A stretch of 37,190 bases of DNA from a virus. Its lineage: Duplodnaviria > Caudoviricetes. The stretch spans positions 1 through 37,190 of IMG/VR virus record IMGVR_UViG_3300020387_000009; one strand, written 5' to 3'. Under the pieces are notes generated by a model. The model ran no database searches. It was given only the letters and a program-made list of their open reading frames with translations, and was not told where the DNA came from. This document shows positions 19,014 through 26,157 of the stretch, in pieces. The position numbers and the translations under genes are program-made. The stretch's first letter is position 1; each line of letters begins with the position of its first letter.

Positions 19014-19370
19014 ATGGACGAGCTAAAGGTCAACGTTCGCACCGACATGACACGTCTGTTGGACGTGATCGAGACCTTAAGGGTCCTTGACGTTGAGATG
19101 CCTGCCCAGGTCATTGCCTGCTTCTTCTATGTCGCTAGCCGTGTTGATGGTTGTACGACAGCGGAGATGCAGGAGGACCTGGGTTTATCACCCGCCAGTA
19201 TGTCACGCAACACAACGTGGCTTACTGGTCAGCATCGGAGCAATCCCAAGCGAGGACTGAACCTGATCACAAAGGAGGTGTATCAACCAAACAAACGACT
19301 GCGCATTCTTCGGTTAACACCCGAGGGACGCAAGCTTGCTAATCGTTTATCTACCCAATTGCATGGATGA
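19014..19370 (+). CDS. MarR-like winged-helix transcriptional regulator
   Basis: EMQEDLGLSPASMSRN HTH; NKRLRILRLTPEGRKL wing. Confidence 0.85.
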   Translation: MDELKVNVRTDMTRLLDVIETLRVLDVEMPAQVIACFFYVASRVDGCTTAEMQEDLGLSPASMSRNTTWLTGQHRSNPKRGLNLITKEVYQPNKRLRILRLTPEGRKLANRLSTQLHG

Positions 19371-20343
19371 TTTAATCACGTGGGGTCAAGCCCTTGACTT
19401 CACCATCAAGACCAGAGCCGAATGGCAGAAGGATCGACCAGGGCATAAACCTGCGATTCATTACGCCACGCATTTCTCCAACTACAACTCACAAGGACGC
19501 AGGTTCCTCATCGCTAACTTTAATAAAGCGGTGATGGAAACTTTCATTCAGGACCTTCGTGTCTATCGTGAGTTGTCTGATGTAACCATTAATCATTGTG
19601 TTCAGAATGTACAAACAGTTCTGAATCATTGCATTGATATGGGTGTGCTTGCCTATCAAAATAATCGTCAAGCATGGATCACCGGAGAAGGTAAGTTTAA
19701 GTTCGTTAAGCTCAAGCTTACAAAGCAGCCACGGGTCACACTTTCTCCTGCTCAAGTAGATCAGTTCTACCAAGCAGCAAAGAATTGTTTTATGCACGAA
19801 GCTCTCGCCGATACGGTGATGTTCAGTGCATGGACAGGGTGTGGCTGGGCTGAATTCTCTCAACTCACATCAAGTGACTTCCACTTGGATGCACCCGTTC
19901 CTTTTATTGCAATTGGTGAACGGGAGGATTTTACGCTCAAGACTCCTTATCGCAAACGTCGCATTTACCTTCCGGTAGGCAGTGATGGTTACGAACGATT
20001 GATGCCTATCCTGGTACGCAATCTTGAGTCATGCACCGATCCTTCGATCCAAATATTTGGTGACATGTTCACCTCGCAGGATGCTCACCGCGTCAAGTTC
20101 AATGACGTCAAGGACTACTTGCAATTGGACCCTAAGTTAACTCCTTATTGTCTGCGTCACACATTCTGTACGTGGCTTGCAAACCTTGATGTCCATCCAG
20201 CCAAGGCACATAAGATGATGGGTCACTCATCGATGAAAACTACGATGGAGTATTACACCCACATCAACGACGATCAGATTATCCATGCGTACAACCGCTT
20301 GACAGCATCTGATCCACTGTTGGTTGAGATGAAAGCGTGTTAA
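19363..20343 (+). CDS. int: tyrosine recombinase/integrase with atypical box I
   Basis: YCLRHTF, MGHSS..TT..Y; box I reads TGCGWAE; adjacent to attP. Confidence 0.9.
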   Translation: MDDLITWGQALDFTIKTRAEWQKDRPGHKPAIHYATHFSNYNSQGRRFLIANFNKAVMETFIQDLRVYRELSDVTINHCVQNVQTVLNHCIDMGVLAYQNNRQAWITGEGKFKFVKLKLTKQPRVTLSPAQVDQFYQAAKNCFMHEALADTVMFSAWTGCGWAEFSQLTSSDFHLDAPVPFIAIGEREDFTLKTPYRKRRIYLPVGSDGYERLMPILVRNLESCTDPSIQIFGDMFTSQDAHRVKFNDVKDYLQLDPKLTPYCLRHTFCTWLANLDVHPAKAHKMMGHSSMKTTMEYYTHINDDQIIHAYNRLTASDPLLVEMKAC

Positions 20344-20459
20344 CTACCTGCACTAGCTAAGCCATCTGCTACCATTCCCTGGTCAAATTTCGAGGACGTT
20401 TCAAAACTGTCTCAAGTTTGTCTCCCTTAAGACTCTAGTTATTGCAAGGGATTACGCCA

Positions 20460-20501
20460 GCGGATGTGGCGGAATTGGTAGACGCGCTAGTTTCAGGTAC
20501 T
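20460..20501 (+). other. attP-like 42-bp copy of the 5' half of tRNA-Leu(CAG)
   Basis: GCGGATGTGGCGGAATTGGTAGACGCGCTAGTTTCAGGTACT: D arm and anticodon loop TT-CAG-GT, no T arm; downstream of int as in P-SSP7. Confidence 0.85.
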
Positions 20502-20640
20502 TACTTGATCACAATCACGCTTTAGGTAAGGGATTTAGGGGAAACCCAGTCCCTTACTTACTTCTGAATGATTGCACTAAGAATTATAATTGCATTAAAC
20601 GCAAGTATGCACACTACTGTCCCCACTACTGTGAGATTTA

Positions 20641-22995
20641 TTGCCAACACCAGCACAAATTGATGAGCAAATTGCTCTTGAACGAGAGCAGATACGACAA
20701 GGTTTAAAACTTCTACAAGACAACACCAAAAAGCTAGAAAGCAAGAACTATGCGAGTGCTTCTGTTTACGGAGTTGTGGCTATTGATGATGTGCTCCCTC
20801 GTGTGGTTGCACGTATTCAAGAGACTGCACTTGATCGAATAAAAAAAGGTAAGACCGGCCGTTGCTTTGCTGAAATACAGCAATATCTCGCTGATATTGA
20901 ACCCGAAGCAGCCGCAGCTATTTCTTTAAAAGTTACCTTTGACAAGATTTTTAGCATCAAGACTGGCAACGGGACAATCACAAACGTAACAGGTGCTATC
21001 GGTCAAGCGGTTGAAAATGAGTGCATGATGCGTCACTACGAACGCAACGTGCCAGGACTCCTGAACATATTAAAGGAGAACTATTTTCACCGCTCGATCG
21101 GTACTCAACAGAAGGTTAAAGTCATCACCACACTGATGAACCGTTATGACGTAGACCACTGGAAATCATGGGGTCAAGTCAACCGCGTCAAGCTTGGTGG
21201 TTGGTTGCTGGATTGTATTTGTGAAGCCAGCGGTTACTTCATGAAACACAGCTATTACAAAGGTAAACGTCAACAAGTCATAGAACTACGCCCAACACCC
21301 GCATTTATCGAGCGTAAAAACGAGATCATGGCTCAAGCAGAGCTATTTAGTCCGCTTGCTTGGCCGATGCTGATCGAACCAAATGACTGGACACCTGACG
21401 GAAAACACGGCGGATACATCCTCAATGAGGTGATGCGCGGCTACAACATGGTGCGTCGGGCTGATCCGACAGTTATACAGGGAGAAACACCTGTCGCCTT
21501 CCTGAACAAGATTCAGAAGGTTGCTTATACGTTGAACCCTTTCATTGTTGGTGTTGCAGAAACACTGATGGAGAAAGGAATTGCAGTAGGTAAGTTCATA
21601 CCAATTGTAGAAATACCTCTTCCACCAAAGCCTCCTGACATTGCTACCAATCGGGAAGCACGTCACGATTACAGGCGACGAGCTGCAGAGGTTTGCAACA
21701 TCAACGCTCAAGCATTTCAAAAGTCATGTCGAACAAGGATGACAATGAATGCGGTGGAAAGATTCAAGGATGAAGACAAGTTCTTTCATTGTTGGAGCCT
21801 AGATTACCGTGGAAGATGTTATCCTATTGCTCCATACTTGTCGCCACAAGATACTGACTTTGGTAAATCACTTTTAAAATTTCACAATCACGATTTTGTG
21901 ACGCCTGAAGCTGAAGAATGGTTAGCCTTTCAAGTAGCAACAACGTATGGAAACGGCCTAGATAAGGACACCATGGCTGATCGGTTGTCATGGGTTGATG
22001 AGAACCACGATTTAATTAGTCGTGTTGCTGAAGATCCAATCGGTAACTTACCTAAATGGGAAGCAGCATCGGAGCCTTGGACTTTTCTCGCTGCATGTGA
22101 TGAGTTCTATCATTGTGTCATTAAATGTGATCGTCAGTACACAAATCTGCCGGTCGCAGTGGACGCAACTGCATCGGGACTCCAAATCCTAGCCGGATTA
22201 TGTCGCTGTGCTGGTACAGCCGAGCTTGTCAATGTTTTACCTGGTTTAAGACCACAAGACGCTTACAAGGTCATTGCTGAAGAGGCAAAACCTCATGTAC
22301 CAGAACACATCCGTCCATACATGGACAGAAAGGTGACAAAAAGGACGTGTCTTACGATTCCTTACAACGCAAAACCTTTTTCAAACAGATCGTACATACG
22401 AGATGCTTTAAAAGAAAAAGGATTTGAAATTGACAAGGACGATCTAACTGAGGTTGTCAAGGCAGTACGTTCTGCAATGGATAAGATCTTTCCTGGTCCC
22501 ATGCAAGTCATGAAATGGATTGAGAAAGAAGTTAGTAATGCTATTGATCGTGGTGCAGAATCTCTTAATTGGGTCACACCTTCAGGTTTCGTGGTAACAC
22601 AGAAACTAATGAAGAAAGATACCAAACGTATTGAATTACAACTACTTGGTAGCTGCAAGGTAACAGTTGCAGAAGGTGACACTGATGAAGTTGATAAAAG
22701 ACACCACAAAAATGCAACTGCACCAAATCTAATTCATTCACTTGATGCATCCCTTTTACACCTATCTGCAATACGCTTCAACGCTCCGATTTCCCTCATA
22801 CACGACTCGGTACTTTGTCGTGCTACTGACATGTCTGTGCTTTCACAAATCATTCGTGAAACATACATGCACCTATTTGCGGAGCATGACTACCTAACGG
22901 ATTGGGCGCAACAAATTGGCGCTGAATCTGAACCACCGATTATTGACACGTTAAAACCTGAGTCAGTAATTGATTCCACATATTTCTTTTGTTAA
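20641..22995 (+). CDS. T7-like single-subunit RNA polymerase (gp1)
   Basis: LDYRGRCY, VDATASGLQ, RKVTKRTCLT.PY, APNLIHSLDAS, IHDS; TTG start. Confidence 0.97.
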   Translation: MPTPAQIDEQIALEREQIRQGLKLLQDNTKKLESKNYASASVYGVVAIDDVLPRVVARIQETALDRIKKGKTGRCFAEIQQYLADIEPEAAAAISLKVTFDKIFSIKTGNGTITNVTGAIGQAVENECMMRHYERNVPGLLNILKENYFHRSIGTQQKVKVITTLMNRYDVDHWKSWGQVNRVKLGGWLLDCICEASGYFMKHSYYKGKRQQVIELRPTPAFIERKNEIMAQAELFSPLAWPMLIEPNDWTPDGKHGGYILNEVMRGYNMVRRADPTVIQGETPVAFLNKIQKVAYTLNPFIVGVAETLMEKGIAVGKFIPIVEIPLPPKPPDIATNREARHDYRRRAAEVCNINAQAFQKSCRTRMTMNAVERFKDEDKFFHCWSLDYRGRCYPIAPYLSPQDTDFGKSLLKFHNHDFVTPEAEEWLAFQVATTYGNGLDKDTMADRLSWVDENHDLISRVAEDPIGNLPKWEAASEPWTFLAACDEFYHCVIKCDRQYTNLPVAVDATASGLQILAGLCRCAGTAELVNVLPGLRPQDAYKVIAEEAKPHVPEHIRPYMDRKVTKRTCLTIPYNAKPFSNRSYIRDALKEKGFEIDKDDLTEVVKAVRSAMDKIFPGPMQVMKWIEKEVSNAIDRGAESLNWVTPSGFVVTQKLMKKDTKRIELQLLGSCKVTVAEGDTDEVDKRHHKNATAPNLIHSLDASLLHLSAIRFNAPISLIHDSVLCRATDMSVLSQIIRETYMHLFAEHDYLTDWAQQIGAESEPPIIDTLKPESVIDSTYFFC
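21462..21486 (+). promoter_or_regulatory. putative phage RNAP promoter, copy 2, inside the RNAP CDS
   Basis: TGATCCGACAGTTATACAGGGAGAA; 24/25 identical to 15012-15036. Confidence 0.55.
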
Positions 22996-23552
22996 TGGCA
23001 AGAAACACATTTGTAACTCCAGAGCCTGTTGTCCTTGATGGATACCAGGCTGTAATGCAACCGTCTAAGTTTGGTTATTCATTGAAGGCTATTGTTGACG
23101 ATGAATTGATTCATAAACTAGAAGATGACCGTGCTGACCTCGTCAAATGGTGCGAGTCAAAACTAAAAAATCCAAAGCGTTCAGTACAAAGACCTGAACC
23201 TTGGGAAGAGGTATCAGAAGGTAAGTACATTGTTAAATTCAGTTGGAATGAAGAGGCTAAACCTCCCATCGTTGACACTGAAGGGACACCAGTCACTGAT
23301 ACACGAACACCTATCTTTTCTGGAAGCCAAGTAAAACTGGCGTTCTATCAAAAACCTTATGTCCTTAAAGATCAAACCACCTACGGTACATCACTAAAAC
23401 TTGTTGGTGTACAGGTCGTTACTTGTAACGGTCAAGCTGGTGTTGATACAGGTGACATGGCTCCTGCTGATGTTGCTGATCTATTCGGTAAAACACAAGG
23501 GTTCAAAACAAGCGAACCTAATGTAACCACTCACGATGAGGATGACTTTTGA
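22995..23552 (+). CDS. ssb: ssDNA-binding protein (gp2.5-like)
   Basis: GSQVKL...PY....GTSLKLVGVQV; acidic tail ending in F. Confidence 0.9.
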   Translation: MARNTFVTPEPVVLDGYQAVMQPSKFGYSLKAIVDDELIHKLEDDRADLVKWCESKLKNPKRSVQRPEPWEEVSEGKYIVKFSWNEEAKPPIVDTEGTPVTDTRTPIFSGSQVKLAFYQKPYVLKDQTTYGTSLKLVGVQVVTCNGQAGVDTGDMAPADVADLFGKTQGFKTSEPNVTTHDEDDF

Positions 23553-23740
23553 CCACTGTTATTGAAGACGGCGGACGCACAAACATCTACGCAAAAGAAC
23601 CACCAATGCAAGTTATGGACGTAACAGAAACACAAAACGAACGAGCTGAAAAGCTCAACGGACGCCTGGCAATGCTAGGTGTCATGGCTGCGCTTGGTGC
23701 GTACGCCTTGACTGGACAAATTATCCCAGGAGTTTGGTAA
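23549..23740 (+). CDS. hli: high-light-inducible protein
   Basis: AEKLNGRLAMLG...TGQIIPG. Confidence 0.95.
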   Translation: MTTVIEDGGRTNIYAKEPPMQVMDVTETQNERAEKLNGRLAMLGVMAALGAYALTGQIIPGVW

Positions 23741-23850
23741 TGCCAATGGTCAACGGTAAAAAGTATCCTTATACCAAAGCTGGTATGAAGGCTGCTGCTA
23801 CTGCAAAAAAGAAAAAGCCTACTAAAAAACCTGCTGGTAAAAAATACTAA
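23740..23850 (+). CDS. 36-aa Lys-rich microprotein (not in ORF track)
   Basis: MPMVNGKKYPYTKAGMKAAATAKKKKPTKKPAGKKY; TAATG coupling on both sides. Confidence 0.7.
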   Translation: MPMVNGKKYPYTKAGMKAAATAKKKKPTKKPAGKKY

Positions 23851-23999
23851 TGGCTAAGCCTGGATTGTATGCAAACATCCACGCCAAACGCAAACGTATT
23901 GCTGGTGGTAGTGGTGAAAAAATGAGAAAGCCTGGGTCTAAAGGAGCACCCACGGCTGCTAACTTTAAACGCTCTGCTAAAACTGCTAAAAAAGCTTAA
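23850..23999 (+). CDS. 49-aa basic microprotein (not in ORF track)
   Basis: MAKPGLYANIHAKRKRIAGGSGEKMRKPGSKGAPTAANFKRSAKTAKKA. Confidence 0.75.
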   Translation: MAKPGLYANIHAKRKRIAGGSGEKMRKPGSKGAPTAANFKRSAKTAKKA

Positions 24000-24009
24000 T
24001 TAACAACAC

Positions 24010-24354
24010 ATGAAATCTATTATCGCTGCCGGTCTCCTCCTCGGCATGGCACATGGTGCCGCAATTGCTGGTCCCTACGTGAATGTAGAGTCTAACTCTG
24101 CAACTTCTGGGTCTGATTATCTCGGCTCGGTTATTGACAACCATATTGGTTATGAAGGGTCTAACTGGTATATCCAGGGGGGACCTAGTATCGTCGCTCC
24201 CGATTCAGGAGATACCTCCGTAGAGCTTTCAGGGAAAGCAGGTGGATCCGTTGGATTGACGGAGAAACTCGGAGCCTACGGTGAAGTGTCATTCATTACG
24301 GGTGATGAGGATAACAGCTACGGCACAAAAGTAGGTCTGAAGTACAACTTCTGA
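24010..24354 (+). CDS. small outer-membrane beta-strand protein
   Basis: Signal peptide, amphipathic strands, C-terminal KVGLKYNF beta signal. Confidence 0.75.
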   Translation: MKSIIAAGLLLGMAHGAAIAGPYVNVESNSATSGSDYLGSVIDNHIGYEGSNWYIQGGPSIVAPDSGDTSVELSGKAGGSVGLTEKLGAYGEVSFITGDEDNSYGTKVGLKYNF

Positions 24355-24389
24355 TTTACTAATTGTGGTGGGTGGGTTGGTTTTTAATT

Positions 24390-25469
24390 ATGAGTTCTAT
24401 TTCAATTAAACAGCCTGCCTCTCAAACCTGGGAGGACTTCTGTTCGTGGGTGACGTCCACAAATAACCGTCTTTACGTCGGCTGGTTCGGAACACTGATG
24501 ATTCCGTGTTTACTAGCTGCTGCTATTTGTTTTATTATGGCGTTCATTGCAGCGCCACCCGTCGATATTGACGGAATTCGTGAGCCTGTCTCAGGTTCAT
24601 TGATGTATGGAAATAACATCATCTCCGGCGCTGTCGTGCCTTCCAGCAACGCCATCGGTCTGCACTTGTACCCTGTGTGGGAAGCAAGTTCTATGGACGA
24701 ATGGCTTTATAATGGCGGACCATACCAATTGGTCGTCTTCCACTTCTTGCTCGGTGTCCTTTGCTATATGGGACGTGAGTGGGAACTCAGTTACAGATTA
24801 GGGATGAGGCCTTGGATCTTTGTTGCATACTCTGCGCCAGTCGTTGCGGCGGCTGCTGTCTTCCTTATTTATCCGTTTGGACAAGGTAGCTTTTCAGACG
24901 GTATGCCTCTTGGCATTTCCGGTACTTTTAATTTTATGCTGGTTTTCCAAGCCGAGCACAACATACTCATGCACCCCTTCCACATGTTGGGAGTTGCTGG
25001 TGTTTTTGGGGGTGCATTGTTCTCAGCTATGCATGGATCTCTGGTCACATCTTCGCTTATTCGTGAAACAACTGAAGATGTATCTCAAAACAATGGTTAC
25101 AAATTTGGTCAAGAAGAAGAGACCTACAACATCGTTGCAGCGCACGGCTATTTTGGTCGGCTTATTTTTCAGTACGCTAGTTTTAACAACAGTCGTTCTC
25201 TCCACTTTTTCCTTGCCGCTTGGCCTGTTGTTGGCATTTGGTTTACCAGCCTTGGTGTGTCTACGATGGCATTCAACCTAAATGGTTTTAACTTTAATCA
25301 ATCAATTGTCTCCCGTGATGGTCATGTGATTAATACATGGGCTGACATCCTCAACCGAGCTGGTCTTGGTTTAGAGGTAATGCATGAGCGTAATGCACAT
25401 AACTTCCCTCTTGATTTGGCTGCTGTTGATAGCAATCCTGTTGCTCTCACAGCCCCAGTAATCGGCTAA
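24390..25469 (+). CDS. psbA: photosystem II D1 protein
   Basis: [38 protein letters not shown]. Confidence 0.99.
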   Translation: MSSISIKQPASQTWEDFCSWVTSTNNRLYVGWFGTLMIPCLLAAAICFIMAFIAAPPVDIDGIREPVSGSLMYGNNIISGAVVPSSNAIGLHLYPVWEASSMDEWLYNGGPYQLVVFHFLLGVLCYMGREWELSYRLGMRPWIFVAYSAPVVAAAAVFLIYPFGQGSFSDGMPLGISGTFNFMLVFQAEHNILMHPFHMLGVAGVFGGALFSAMHGSLVTSSLIRETTEDVSQNNGYKFGQEEETYNIVAAHGYFGRLIFQYASFNNSRSLHFFLAAWPVVGIWFTSLGVSTMAFNLNGFNFNQSIVSRDGHVINTWADILNRAGLGLEVMHERNAHNFPLDLAAVDSNPVALTAPVIG

Positions 25470-25475
25470 GAAACG

Positions 25476-25678
25476 TACGTTCATCTATGTATAACATTAC
25501 ACTTACAACTGACGCCGCTGTCATTCTTCGTGACGCATTACGTGTCTACAAAGAACGATGGCCTGGTGGTGATCCAGAAGAACAAGAATCAATTGATTAC
25601 TTGGCATTGCAATTCACCAAGATTGTATTGGAATCTTACATAGACGCATAACATCTGATCATGGAACGGGGATCAGGT
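25476..25678 (+). ncRNA. glutamine-II (Downstream-peptide) riboswitch with expanded P2 loop
   Basis: CGTTCA...GACGCA...TGGAACGGG; P2 TCTATGTA/TACATAGA; pseudoknot ATCTGATC/GATCAGGT; DUF4278-type peptide follows. Confidence 0.75.
25487..25651 (+). CDS. 54-aa ORF nested within the riboswitch (not in ORF track)
   Basis: MYNITLTTDAAVILRDALRVYKERWPGGDPEEQESIDYLALQFTKIVLESYIDA; looks like a helical hairpin. Confidence 0.65.
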   Translation: MYNITLTTDAAVILRDALRVYKERWPGGDPEEQESIDYLALQFTKIVLESYIDA

Positions 25679-25694
25679 ACTAAAGGAATTAATC

Positions 25695-25841
25695 ATGCCA
25701 CAAGTCGAACTTCGTCAACGTGTCCGTGAACAAAAAGCTGCTCAACGTGAGCAACTCCTTAAGTATCGAGGCGTTTCTTACCTTAAAAACTCAATAAAAT
25801 TAGATGGCATTCAGATCTGGGCTGGAGGAGAAGGTTGCTGA
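25695..25841 (+). CDS. DUF4278-like peptide (not in ORF track)
   Basis: MPQVELRQRVREQKAAQREQLLKYRGVSY...; YRGxxY motif; AAGGA SD. Confidence 0.75.
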   Translation: MPQVELRQRVREQKAAQREQLLKYRGVSYLKNSIKLDGIQIWAGGEGC

Positions 25842-26157
25842 CCTTCTCGTCGAGCTAGGTGTCAAGTATGAATACGAAAGCACAAAAGTTCCGTATGTAA
25901 TCCATCATTCCTATACGCCAGATTTCGTTCTACCGAATGGGATCTGGCTGGAATGTAAGGGATACTGGGATAGTGCTGACCGTCGCAAAGTTAAAGCAGT
26001 TAAGGAACAGAATCCTGAGATTGATTTGCGTATGGTTTTTCAAGCACCCTTCAATAAAATCAGCAAAAAATCAAAGACAACATACGCCAAATACTGTGAA
26101 AAACTTGGCATCCCATGGACATCATGGGCAAATATTCCACTCAACTGGTTGATATGA
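25804..26157 (+). CDS. endonuclease I / Holliday junction resolvase (gp3)
   Basis: FRSGLE, YTPDF, LECKG. Confidence 0.95.
   Translation: MAFRSGLEEKVADLLVELGVKYEYESTKVPYVIHHSYTPDFVLPNGIWLECKGYWDSADRRKVKAVKEQNPEIDLRMVFQAPFNKISKKSKTTYAKYCEKLGIPWTSWANIPLNWLI

Noticed and set aside
20460-20540. Complete tRNA-Leu gene
   Set aside because: Similarity stops in the anticodon stem; there is no variable arm, T arm or 3' acceptor strand. Treated as attP.
20572-20590. TTGCAC/TATAAT as a sigma70 -35/-10 pair
   Set aside because: Spacing is only 7 nt; TATAAT alone could still be a -10.
24363-24389. TTG-started N-terminal extension of D1
   Set aside because: ATG at 24390 gives the normal 359-aa D1.
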